Positions 42,801 through 56,902 of a DNA stretch of 64,000 nt are shown here, piece by piece. The position numbers and the translations under genes are program-made. The notes beneath the pieces are model-generated. The model was not told the origin of the DNA. It saw only the letters and a program-made list of their open reading frames with translations, and ran no database searches. How positions within the stretch are numbered: the first letter of the stretch is position 1; each line of letters opens with the position of its first letter. This DNA comes from Eledone cirrhosa (taxonomy: Eukaryota). The stretch covers positions 296,422,001-296,486,000 of the forward strand of contig OZ024741.1 of the NCBI GenBank assembly GCA_964016885.1, written 5' to 3'.

Positions 42801-43953
42801 ACACACACACGCGTGCGCGAGAAGTTGGAAGTATAAATAATTGTTAGATCAATAATCAGTGATAAATGATTGAACAAATTTTCTGCGTGTTGGGGTAGTT
42901 AAAGCAGTCCACTGTTAAAAACTAGGCATATCTGTGTAAGATATTATTGAATATATACTGAGAAAATTTGAATGATATTTAGTAAACATTTTCAATAAAT
43001 ACGCTGAGAAAATATTTTAATGTTAAATAACATTTTATACGTTTAAAATAAATTTAGTTTCACTAAAATATTTTTTCAAGGATTTATAAATCTGTCGAAT
43101 GTTTTGGGGGATGATACATGACCAGATTCATAACGAACCGGTGTATGTAGAGGGGGGTATGTTTACTAGCAAACGTAGCCAAATCTCCCTCGTATCACAT
43201 CTTAGTGTCTTTGAATCGCAATCTTAGCTACTCTTAAAAGGATGACAGAATAGTTCTGTCGGATCAATTAAGGTTGACCTGGGGTTAAACAACAACAGCG
43301 AACAATGCACTAACACGACTAACAACAATGAGGCGAGAAATTCTTCTGAGTAGTCAATCAACTTGCTAGAAATAGTAGTCAAATAAGGAGACTGCTATAT
43401 CGTCGCATGACAGCTAGAAACACTAACTAAAGAAGGCCTGTAAGTGGTCTCACAACCTACTAAAAATAGTAGCTAAATCTCCCTTAAATTACACCCTACT
43501 GCGGGCAATATAGACCTAAATATAAGATTAGAGTTACAGTAAGCCTACTTTTCAGAGCTGATCTGTGACTGAACACTTACAACAAATATTTAAGCTTAAG
43601 CACCCACCCCGATACTATATCTCGGGTGAATAGCGGAGAAACGGCATAAAAAGACATATCAGTTGTATAGCATGACACATCTTATCTTAAATATTAACTA
43701 CCTAGATATATTTTATTTATAAATACCAAGGTAAAGGGTCGCATAAACGCACACACAAAACCTGCCTACATATGTTATTCAAGTAAACACAATGGTATTT
43801 TATACCAAGACACATGTCTGAATGTTTTATTACATGGGGCATGCATATATGTCAACATTAACGTACGAGTGTATTGACGGGCGAGCCAATACAATACACA
43901 CACACACGCCCTTATATAAATATATGCTTACTTAATTGTGTGTGTATATATAT

Positions 43954-44871
43954 AAGGCAGGTTATACGATGCCTGCATACGAACAGCAATGCTGCATGGC
44001 AGTGAGACCTGGGCATTGTGTGCAGAGGATATACGCAGACTAGAGAGGAACGTAGCTTGCATGCTCCGCTAGATGTGCAATAGTAATATACGTGAACGGC
44101 AAAGCATAAACGAACTAAGGAAAAAATTAGAAATAAGAGGGATCAGATATTGTTTACTCGAGAGAAGGCTACGTTGGTACGGTCACGTGATGCGCATGAA
44201 AGACGACAGCTGTATAACAAAGTGCAGGGCAATAGAGATAGACGGTAGCCACGGAGTAGGCAGACCCAGAAAAACATGGGACGAGCTGATAAATTCCGAC
44301 CTCACACGCTTACACCTCTCCAAGACAATGTCACTGGACCGAGACCTTTGGCGATACTCAGTAATAGAGAAGACCCGCCTTACCTAAATACAAAGTAAAA
44401 CCTACTACAGTCAGTAGGCATCTCTATCAAAACACCCCACCGTCCCACCACCTCCACCCCATCCACACCGCCCCTTTCAATGTAAAGTTATGTTGGTCCC
44501 ACAACATCCAGGCCGAAACAAATGAGATCGTGTAGGTGTCACGACAAAAAAACACACAGTCCACGCTGTAAATGTGGCCGTGTAGGCAACACGGTAAAAA
44601 CCTCCCAGCCCCACACTGTAAATGTGGTTGGTGTTAGGAAGGGCATCCAGCTGTAGAAAACCCGCCAGACAGTCCACGCTGTAATGTGGCCGTGTAGGCA
44701 ACACGGTAAAAACCTCCCAGCCCCACACTGTAAATGTGGTTGGTGTTAGGAAGGGCATCCAACTGTAGAAAACCCGCCAGACAGTCCTATGCGAGCAAGA
44801 CAACCACTCTTGCCTCAAGTGGGAAAACCCCCGTCCAAACCCATGCAAGCGTGGAACACGGACGCTAAACC

Positions 44872-44914
<43 letters not shown>
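43954..44914 (+). mobile_element. 5'-truncated RTE LINE, same family as 52520-56293
   Basis: Closely similar to 55461-56293, with a ~120-bp 3' UTR duplication and (GAT)n tail. Confidence 0.92.
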
Positions 44915-44960
44915 ATGTGTATATATATATATGTGTATATATATATATATGTGTATATAT

Positions 44961-46103
44961 CTGGAAATCACCCTCTACACTAAAGTCCTAAACAAATTTG
45001 GAAACACCCTCCACTTACACATTGAAAGGAACTGGAAGCGATATCTAGATGACTGCTTCATCCTTTGGCACGAAAACATCGAAAAACTTAAAGAATTTCA
45101 CACCCTTATAAATGGGCTCAACACAAATATTAACTTCACGATGGAATACAGCCATCAACAACTCCCCTTCCTCGACATCCTCATTAAGATCCATAACAAA
45201 AAAATAGAAACAGACATATACTACAAGCCCACAGACTCCAAGCAATACCTCCCCTTCAACTCTTGCCACCCTAGACACGTTAAAATAAATATTCCCTACA
45301 ACTTAGCCAAGAGAATCTGTACTATAGTCTCCAATAAAAACATCTGCTACTTACGGCTACAAGAACTAAAGGACACACTCATAGGCAGAGACTACCCTGC
45401 TTCACTAATTGACAATGGAATCCAACGTGCCCTAAAACTCAGTACCCAGGACCTTAGACACCCTAAAGTAAATCAACCAAAACTAAAAGCTCTTCCATAC
45501 ATCTCCACACACAACCCCCTCAATAATGAGGCCTTTGACACCATCCTCCAGAACATCCCTGTATTGAAAAAGGACCATAGAATGAACCAAATTCTACGAA
45601 CACACGATATTATAAAGAGCAAAAGACAATTCAAGTCAATGAAAAACATCTTAACACATGCCAAAGTACTACCAACCACAACAACGAAACCCACAGTAAA
45701 AAAATGCGATAGACCCAACTGTGGCATTTGCATCAACCTAATAGAGGGTTCGGAATTCTATTTCAAAGATGGACAACGTTTTATAGTAAAACACAATTTC
45801 ACATGTATATCGGAAAATCTAATATATGTATTAACTTGTTCAGGTTGTCGAGAACAATACATAGGCCAGACCAAAAACAGCCTCCGCCAACGCATGACTG
45901 TCCATAGATCCCAAATTAAAATACGGGAATACAGGAAAATACCACTGAGTGAACACATTGATACCTGTGCCGCCCAAAATCACCCCAACTTCAGAATCTT
46001 TCCCCTCTACAAATTTAAAGATAATGCCACCCACACCCAGCGCATCAGCAAGGAATCTTACTTCATTAACAAATACGGACCCCGTCTAAACACTTCTCCC
46101 TAA
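44961..46103 (+). CDS. 5'-truncated Penelope-like (Neptune-type) RT C-terminus plus GIY-YIG endonuclease, open frame
   Basis: WKRYLDDCF, LPFLDILI, YYKPTDSKQYLPFNSCHP, CDRPNCGIC, NLIYVLTCSGC..QYIGQT...RMTVH, E.YFINKY.P.LN. The N-terminus of the track ORF is just microsatellite. Confidence 0.9.
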   Translation: MEITLYTKVLNKFGNTLHLHIERNWKRYLDDCFILWHENIEKLKEFHTLINGLNTNINFTMEYSHQQLPFLDILIKIHNKKIETDIYYKPTDSKQYLPFNSCHPRHVKINIPYNLAKRICTIVSNKNICYLRLQELKDTLIGRDYPASLIDNGIQRALKLSTQDLRHPKVNQPKLKALPYISTHNPLNNEAFDTILQNIPVLKKDHRMNQILRTHDIIKSKRQFKSMKNILTHAKVLPTTTTKPTVKKCDRPNCGICINLIEGSEFYFKDGQRFIVKHNFTCISENLIYVLTCSGCREQYIGQTKNSLRQRMTVHRSQIKIREYRKIPLSEHIDTCAAQNHPNFRIFPLYKFKDNATHTQRISKESYFINKYGPRLNTSP

Positions 46104-46424
46104 GACGAACCCACAACATACACACGTCAACATACATACCTACATCAGCATACATCTCTACCCACATATAAACACAATGACACACGTAAACACACATGCT
46201 CTATGGTGCAATACAAAAAAATATATGTGCATATATATGTATGTATATATGTATATATATATATATATATGTAGTGAATGTGTGTATGTGTGTATATATA
46301 TATATAGTGAATATCATTTCACACCTTTTATTGTTAAGATTTTTGATGTTCTATTAAGAGAACCGATTTTACTGAAAAAATCGAATAATGTACACCATTT
46401 TACCAGGGGGAAAAAAATACTGGT

Positions 46425-46500
<76 letters not shown>

Positions 46501-46571
46501 ATCTTAATAGCCATTTGACACACATCGCTGCTGGCCATTGTCGCAGCATCGAACACCTTACTACTACTACT

Positions 46572-46612
<41 letters not shown>

Positions 46613-46780
46613 TACATACACACACACACACACATATTTGTTGTGAAAGAGTCATTTCTCAATCTTGGCGCAAAACCAATTTTTTATCCACATGACCTCT
46701 ACCGACCAATAAAAATTGTTTTCTGAAAATGGCGTAGGATAGAAGAAAGGAAAGGCACAGAAACGAAGAAAGAAATCCCC

Positions 46781-46825
46781 AGTCACTGAAGAGGTCACAG
46801 AGTGTGTGACGAAAGAACTATAACT
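46781..46825 (+). ncRNA. Degenerate type I hammerhead candidate
   Basis: AGTCA-CTGAAGA-G-GTCACA/GAGTG/TGTGAC-GAAA-GAAC-TA-TAACT; one stem I mismatch and one extra G. Confidence 0.5.
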
Positions 46826-47040
46826 ATATATATATAAACAACTATCTGATTGTGGAACCAACCAACCAACCAGAAATTTATAAATTTGTAAATTTATAAA
46901 TATATAATAAATTAAATTGAAGTGAAAGCAATTGGTGCGTGTGTTTCTTATTGGCAACATGACCCTCCCAAAGTATAACAATATCGGTTTCAACACACGA
47001 TTTCAGATAAAGAATCTTGCTAAACAAATTCAGAAACGAA

Positions 47041-48226
<1,186 letters not shown>

Positions 48227-48251
48227 GTATATATATATATTTATATATATG

Positions 48252-48356
<105 letters not shown>

Positions 48357-48408
48357 GTATATATATATATTTATATATATGTATATATATATATTTATAT
48401 ATATATAT

Positions 48409-51367
48409 ATAAAAGCAAGGGAAGTTGCTTTTATCGAGAATCTAATTGTAATACGTGACGTATTCTATTCTATAGCGATTAGGTCTTCAAAATGTTTATT
48501 ATAAACATACAGAATATTTTCGAATATTCTATGTCTATATTCACATATATATCGCTATTTCAGAGCATTTATTCCAATTTCTAATTTCTGCCGGACCGGC
48601 AACCGCTCTTTCAAACCAGTTCCTGTACACAGCTAAGTATTCTATAAGTCTCTAGCTGTGTCATTCTCGATAAAAGCACTGGATATGTAGTCCTGATGAT
48701 TTCTAACAAGAATGAAACGCGTAGATTACTTCCCTTGCTTTTATCGAGAATCTAATTGTAATACGTGACGTATTCTATTCTATAGCGATTAGGTCTTCAA
48801 AATGTTTATTATAAACATACAGAATATTTTCGAATATTCTATGTCTATATTCACATATATATCGCTATTTCAGAGCATTTATTCCAATTTCTAATTTCTG
48901 CCGGACCGGCAACCGCTCTTTCAAACCAGTTCCTGTACACAGCTAAGTATTCTATAAGTCTCTAGCTGTGTCATTCTCGATAAAAGCACTGGATATGTAG
49001 TCCTGATGATTTCTAACAAGAATGAAACGCGTAGATTACTTCCCTTGCTTTTATCGAGAATCTAATTGTAATACGTGACGTATTCTATTCTATAGCGATT
49101 AGGTCTTCAAAATGTTTATTATAAACATACAGAATATTTTCGAATATTCTATGTCTATATTCACATATATATCGCTATTTCAGAGCATTTATTCCAATTT
49201 CTAATTTCTGCCGGACCGGCAACCGCTCTTTCAAACCAGTTCCTGTACACAGCTAAGTATTCTATAAGTCTCTAGCTGTGTCATTCTCGATAAAAGCACT
49301 GGATATGTAGTCCTGATGATTTCTAACAAGAATGAAACGCGTAGATTACTTCCCTTGCTTTTATCGAGAATCTAATTGTAATACGTGACGTATTCTATTC
49401 TATAGCGATTAGGTCTTCAAAATGTTTATTATAAACATACAGAATATTTTCGAATATTCTATGTCTATATTCACATATATATCGCTATTTCAGAGCATTT
49501 ATTCCAATTTCTAATTTCTGCCGGACCGGCAACCGCTCTTTCAAACCAGTTCCTGTACACAGCTAAGTATTCTATAAGTCTCTAGCTGTGTCATTCTCGA
49601 TAAAAGCACTGGATATGTAGTCCTGATGATTTCTAACAAGAATGAAACGCGTAGATTACTTCCCTTGCTTTTATCGAGAATCTAATTGTAATACGTGACG
49701 TATTCTATTCTATAGCGATTAGGTCTTCAAAATGTTTATTATAAACATACAGAATATTTTCGAATATTCTATGTCTATATTCACATATATATCGCTATTT
49801 CAGAGCATCTATTCCAATTTCTAATTTCTGCCGGACCGGCAACCGCTCTTTCAAACCAGTTCCTGTACACAGCTAAGTATTCTATAAGTCTCTAGCTGTG
49901 TCATTCTCGATAAAAGCACTGGATATGTAGTCCTGATGATTTCTAACAAGAATGAAACGCGTAGATTACTTCCCTTGATTTTATCGAGAATCTAATTGTA
50001 ATACGTGACGTATTCTATTCTATAGCGATTAGGTCTTCAAAATGTTTATTATAAACATACAGAATATTTTCGAATATTCTATGTCTATACTCACATATAT
50101 ATCGCTATTTCAGAGCATTTATTCCAATTTCTAATTTCTGCCGGACCGGCAACCGCTCTTTCAAACCAGTTCCTGTACACAGCTAAGTATTCTATAAGTC
50201 TCTAGCTGTGTCATTCTCGATAAAAGCACTGGATATGTAGTCCTGATGATTTCTAACAAGAATGAAACGCGTAGATTACTTCCCTTGCTTTTATCGAGAA
50301 TCTAATTGTAATACGTGACGTATTCTATTCTATAGCGATTAGGTCTTCAAAATGTTTATTATAAACATACAGAATATTTTCGAATATTCTATGTCTATAT
50401 TCACATATATATCGCTATTTCAGAGCATTTATTCCAATTTCTAATTTCTGCCGGACCGGCAACCGCTCTTTCAAACCAGTTCCTGTACACAGCTAAGTAT
50501 TCTATAAGTCTCTAGCTGTGTCATTCTCGATAAAAGCACTGGATATGTAGTCCTGATGATTTCTAACAAGAATGAAACGCGTAGATTACTTCCCTTGCTT
50601 TTATCGAGAATCTAATTGTAATACGTGACGTATTCTATTCTATAGCGATTAGGTCTTCAAAATGTTTATTATAAACATACAGAATATTTTCGAATATTCT
50701 ATGTCTATATTCACATATATATCGCTATTTCAGAGCATTTATTCCAATTTCTAATTTCTGCCGGACCGGCAACCGCTCTTTCAAACCAGTTCCTGTACAC
50801 AGCTAAGTATTCTATAAGTCTCTAGCTGTGTCATTCTCGATAAAAGCACTGGATATGTAGTCCTGATGATTTCTAACAAGAATGAAACGCGTAGATTACT
50901 TCCCTTGCTTTTATCGAGAATCTAATTGTAATACGTGACGTATTCTATTCTATAGCGATTAGGTCTTCAAAATGTTTATTATAAACATACAGAATATTTT
51001 CGAATATTCTATGTCTATATTCACATATATATCGCTATTTCAGAGCATTTATTCCAATTTCTAATTTCTGCCGGACCGGCAACCGCTCTTTCAAACCAGT
51101 TCCTGTACACAGCTAAGTATTCTATAAGTCTCTAGCTGTGTCATTCTCGATAAAAGCACTGGATATGTAGTCCTGATGATTTCTAACAAGAATGAAACGC
51201 GTAGATTACTTCCCTTGCTTTTATCGAGAATCTAATTGTAATACGTGACGTATTCTATTCTATAGCGATTAGGTCTTCAAAATGTTTATTATAAACATAC
51301 AGAATATTTTCGAATATTCTATGTCTATATTCACATATATATCGCTATTTCAGAGCATTTATTCCAA
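48409..51367 (+). mobile_element. Hammerhead-ribozyme tandem array 1 (retrozyme-like): ~9.5 x 310 bp plus a 17-bp inverted 5' stub
   Basis: Unit start TGCTTTTATCGAGAAT at 48426+310k. Only 3 substitutions seen (49809, 49978, 50090). Nine hammerhead cores. Confidence 0.92.
48687..48729 (+). ncRNA. Type I hammerhead ribozyme, first of 9 in array 1 (starts 48687+310k, last at 51167)
   Basis: Stem I GTAGTC/GATTAC, CTGATGA 48693-48699, stem II TTCT-AACA-AGAA, GAAA 48714-48717, palindromic stem III ACGCGT, predicted GUA cleavage after 48723. Confidence 0.88.
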
Positions 51368-51399
<32 letters not shown>

Positions 51400-51470
51400 C
51401 ATATATATATATACATATATATATATACATATATATATATACATATATATATATACATATATATATATAC

Positions 51471-51573
<103 letters not shown>

Positions 51574-51623
51574 CATATAAACCTTTCAAGGATTTACACA
51601 AATCCAGCCTCCTGTCATTTCAT

Positions 51624-51677
<54 letters not shown>

Positions 51678-51702
51678 TATATATATACATATATATACAT
51701 AC

Positions 51703-51757
<55 letters not shown>

Positions 51758-51792
51758 CATATATATACATACATATATATACATATATATAT

Positions 51793-52108
51793 AATCATTA
51801 CCTTCTTGCTAGCTATTTTCAAACCTTAATTCCTAACGTATTTTCAAACCTCAATCCCTAATTCTAGCGTATCTTCAAAACAAAAAAACAAAATCCTTTC
51901 CTTCTTCCTTCTTCGAAGGCATGGGGCGGTCAAACGCCTAAATGCAAGGACCCCATTCAATCATTACCTTCTTGCTAGCTATTTTCAAACCTTAATTCCT
52001 AACGTATTTTCAAACCTCAATCCCTAATTCTAGCGTATCTTCAAAACAAAAAAAACAAAATCCTTTCCTTCTTCCTTCTTCGAAGGCACGGGGCGGTCAA
52101 ACGCCTAA
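51793..52108. repeat. 166-bp tandem duplication; partial third copy at 52477-52519
   Basis: AATCATTACCTTCTTGCTAGCTA at 51793, 51959 and 52497. Confidence 0.88.
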
Positions 52109-52131
52109 CACACACAGCCATCATGTGGCCA

Positions 52132-52220
<89 letters not shown>

Positions 52221-52519
52221 GGAATTCACTTCGCCAAATTTCATTGCTTGCTGTCTAACCACGATATTCATGTAACGTAATGTACGGATTTCATTTCTCT
52301 CCCTCCACAAATCTTAATTCTAGCGTATTTTCAAAACAATCCATATTTCGTATCAAGTCCAAATAGCCAATCTATCGCTAAAACAAACTACATTTTCTGT
52401 TTCTATTAATTGTTAAATACGAAAGTTTTGGGGCGTATTTAACAGAACAAATTTTGTATTTTTGTTAATCGCTTGTTAAATGCAAGGACCCCATTCAATC
52501 ATTACCTTCTTGCTAGCTA

Positions 52520-55500
52520 CCCAACACCCCCACGCACCACCATTGCTATTACGTGGACCAATCATAAAACAGAGCCCCCACGCATCACCAGTATTATTAC
52601 GCGGACCAATCAGAAACCAGAGGCCTATACTATCGCTTGCCTGGTTGCCTTTCGATATATGATGGATGGATGGACTGCGGAATCCTGGAGAGTGGAGGTG
52701 AGAGAGAGAAAAATCTGGACGCTCAGCGACAATGCCAAAGATAAAGACAAATTCACCTCTTGGACGAGAATGCGAGCACTCCTCATTGTTTCGACCGCGG
52801 ACAGCTAACATAACCCCATCACCCCCCGCCCCCACCGCCCCAACCCCCAAACGCAATCCAAAACTTCAGAGTTGGTACCATAAATGTAGGCACCCTAAAG
52901 GGTCGCGCTAACGAGGTTGTAGAAATGCTTGAACGTAAGGAGGTCGATGTTTGTTGTATTCAAGAGACCAGGTGGAGGGGTGGGTCTGCTAGGTTCATTG
53001 AGGGTAAAAAACGATGTTATAAGCTTTTCTGGGTGGGAAACGACGATGGGCTGGGTGGAGTAGGAATCATGGTAGCAGAAAAGTGGGCAGATAAGATAAT
53101 AGACGTAAATAGAGTGAACGACAGAATAATTAAAATACGACTTGTCCTCAATAGAACTACGGTGACAGTAATATCTGCGTACGCACCCCAATCCGGACTG
53201 CCCGGCACTATAAAAGACAGATTCTATGAGACACTGATGCTAACTACCTCCCAAATATCCGACTATATAATTATCGCAGGCGACCTAAATGGTCACGTTG
53301 GACAACATTGTGACGGCTACGACGAAATCCATGGAGGCTATGGGTTTGGTACTAGAAATGAGGAAGGCTCCAGAATCCTGGAATTCTGTGATGCAAATAA
53401 CCTAACTATCTGTAACACTAACTTCAAAAAACGTGACAATCACCTGATCACCTATAGATCCGGGGAACACACAAGCCAGGTAGATTATATCCTTACCAGA
53501 AGACGTGACAGAGTGTCTGTTGTAAACACTAAATCCCTCCCCCATGAAGAATGCACCTCCCAACATAGACTGATAATTAGCGACCTCATAGTCAGGACGA
53601 GACGTACTTGACAACAGAAGAGGACTATCCTCAGGAGGAAAATATGGAAGCTAAAGGACCCCACAGCCAGGAATAAATTTCAAAGCATATTACTTGATGC
53701 TTTCGACAGTAAGGAAGAACATTTAGAGTCGGACAATATAGAGGGAGAGTGGGAATTTCTGAAAGCAAACCTGCTGTTGGCGACAGACGAAGTCTGTGGC
53801 TGGAGCAGGCCTGTAGGCAGGAGGAGAGTAACATGGTGGTGGAACAGTAAGGTGGAGGGGTCAATTAAGGCCAAAAAGCAGGCTTGGAAAGTATGGCGGG
53901 ATGGGGGAAGTAGAGAGGACTATCAAGTGGCCAGGAGGGAAGCTAGGAGACAAGTGTACTTAGCAAGAAGGGAAGCTGAGGAAAGAAAGTTCAAGCATGT
54001 TCTACAACGCGATGACCAAAAACGTGAGGTGTTCAGGATTGCTAGGCAATGCGTCAAGGAAAACCGTGATATTGTCGGGGAGAAGTGTGTACTAAACGAC
54101 GATGGCACACTTGCCATCACCGACGCTGATAAGAAGGTAGCTTGGAAGTGTCACTATGAAAGGCTACTAAATGAGGAGAATAATTGGGAGAAAGGCAGTC
54201 TCCCCCATATCGACCCAATAGAGGGACCAGCAGTGTTAGTCGAGGGGAGTATAATAAGTAAGGAAATCAAGGATATGTAGACGGGTAAGGCGGCTGGGCC
54301 TTCGGAAATAGTTGCTGAGATGCTGAAGGCATCTGGCACGGTGGGACACACCATGGTCACCCGCATAGTTAACCAAGTCGTACAGAATGGGGTTGTTCCG
54401 AAGGACTGGCATAGCAGCATCATCGTTAACTGTTATAAGGGTAAAGGAGACGCCCTAGATAGGAGTAACTATAGAGGCATTAAATTAATCGACCAGGTCA
54501 TGAAGGTCACGGAAAAAGTAATAGCGCAACTAATCAGAGAGAGAATTGATCTAGATGAAATGCAGTTCGGGTTTGTGTCAGGCAAAAGTACCACAGACGC
54601 TCTTTTCATAGTACGACAACTACAGGAGAAGTACCTAGCTAAAGGTAAACCCCTCTACTTAGCTTTTGTCGACTTGGAGAAAGCCTTCGACAGAGTCCCC
54701 CGCTCCATTATCTGGTGGGCTCTTAGAAAACTAGGCGTTGACGAATGGCTTGTGAGGGCTATACAAGCCATGTATAAAGAAACAGTCAGCAAGGTTAGAA
54801 TTAACAACGAATATAGTGAAGAGTTTAGCGTAAAAGTTGGCGTCCATCAGGGCTCTGTTCTCAGCCCACTACTATTTATTATTGCCCTTCAGGCTATAAC
54901 AGAGGAGTTCAAGACAGGCTGCCCATGGGAACTCCTATACGCAGACGACCTGACACTCATAGCGGAATCAATGGCCGAGCAAGAGAAGAAATTCCAAACA
55001 TGGAAGCACGGCCTAGAGTCAAAAGGACTTAAAATTAACCTGGCTAAGACCAAAGTACTAGTTTGTAGGAAAGAAAACAAGGCGGCGGTCCCTTCTGGGA
55101 AATGGTCGTGCTCGGTGTGTAGGAAAGGCGTAGGTAGAAACTCCATTTTATGTCCTAAATGCAAAGTATGGGTGCATAAAAGATGTAGTGGGATCACAGG
55201 TAAGCTAACTAAGAACATAGATTTTACATGTGGCCGGTGCTCTGGTGCAATAAGTAGCAGCAAGTGCCCACAAACTACTAGCTCTTTCAATTGCGCAGAG
55301 GGTTCTATAGAAATAGTGGACAGCTTCCGTTACCTGGGCGATAAAATCAGCAGTGGGGGAGGGTGCTCTGAAAGTACTGTAGCTAGAGTCAGAACTGGTT
55401 GGAAAAAGTTCAGAGAGCTTATACCACTATTAGCTGCTAAAGGGTTCTCACTAAAAATGAAAGGCAGGTTGTACGATGCCTGCATACGAACAGCAATGCT

Positions 55501-56293
55501 GCATGGCAGTGAGACCTGGGCATTGTGTGCAGAGGATATACGCAGACTAGAGAGGAATGAAGCTTGCATGCTCCGCTGGATGTGTAACAGTAATATACGT
55601 GAACGGCAAAGCATAAACGAACTAAGGAAAAAATTAGAGATAAGAGGGATCAGATGTTGTTTACTCGAGAGAAGGCTACGTTGGTATGGACACGTGATGC
55701 GCATGAAAGTCGATAGCTGTATAACAAAGTGCAGGGCAATAAAGATAGACGGTAGTCACGGAATAGGCAGACCTAGAAAAACCTGGGACGAGCTGATAAA
55801 CTCCGACATCACACACTTACACCTCTCCAAGACAATGTCACTGGACCGAGACCTTTGGCGGTACTCAGTAACAGAGAAGACCCGCCTTACCTAAATATAT
55901 AGTAAAACCTACTCCAGCCAGTAGGCATCTCTAACAAAATACACCCCGTCCCACCACCCCCACCCCCACCCCATCCACACCACCCCGTTCTATGTAAAGT
56001 TATGTTGGTGCCGCGCCATCGAGGCCGAAACAAATGAGATCGTGTAGGTGTCACGACAAAAAAACACACAGTCCACGCTGTAATGTGGCCGTGTAGGCAA
56101 CACGGTAAAAACCTCCCAGACCCACACTGTAAATGTGGTTGGTGTTAGGAAGGGCATCCAACTGTAGAAAACCTGCCAGACAGTCCTATGCGAGCAAGAC
56201 AATCACTCTTGCCTCAAGTGGGACTACCCCCGTCCAAACCCATGCAAGCGTGGAACACGGATGTTAAACGTTGATGATGATGATGATGATGAT
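52520..56293 (+). mobile_element. Near full-length RTE LINE (5' boundary approximate)
   Basis: APE and RT in one frame, 3' UTR, (GAT)n tail ending at 56293. Confidence 0.93.
52862..55894 (+). pseudogene. RTE ORF (AP endonuclease, RT, PHD-type finger) with two in-frame stops
   Basis: Track ORFs 52925, 53777 and 54320 share a frame, split by TGA 53609 and TAG 54278. Motifs GTINVGTL, IQETRW, SAYAP, GDLNGHVG, SQHRL, QFGF, FVDLEKAFD, QGSVLSP, LLYADD, FRYLG. Confidence 0.93.
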
Positions 56294-56327
56294 ACTCATA
56301 TATATATATATACATATATATACATAC

Positions 56328-56396
<69 letters not shown>

Positions 56397-56617
56397 CATA
56401 TATATATATATACACATATATATATATATACACATATACATATACATACACATATACATATACATATATATACATATATATATATATACATATACATATA
56501 TATATATACATATATATATATATACATATACATATATATATATACATATATATATACATATACATACATATATATATATATACATATATACATATATATA
56601 TATATACATATATATAC

Positions 56618-56648
<31 letters not shown>

Positions 56649-56702
56649 CATATATATACATATATATATACATATATATATATATACATATATATATATA
56701 TG

Positions 56703-56765
<63 letters not shown>

Positions 56766-56783
56766 GTATATATATATGTATAT

Positions 56784-56846
<63 letters not shown>

Positions 56847-56902
56847 CATATATATATATACATATATACATATATACATATACATATATATACATATATA
56901 TA

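Noticed and set aside
48426-51367. CRISPR array, rRNA/5S/SL-RNA repeat or coding repeat interpretation of the 310-bp units
   Set aside because: Units are identical with no unique spacers, I see no recognisable 5S/tRNA/snRNA sequence, and the track shows no ORF of 60 aa or more inside the units.
53609-54280. Programmed readthrough at the two in-frame stops of the RTE
   Set aside because: Both are simply explained as point mutations (likely CGA>TGA and AAG>TAG in MKTGKAAGP).
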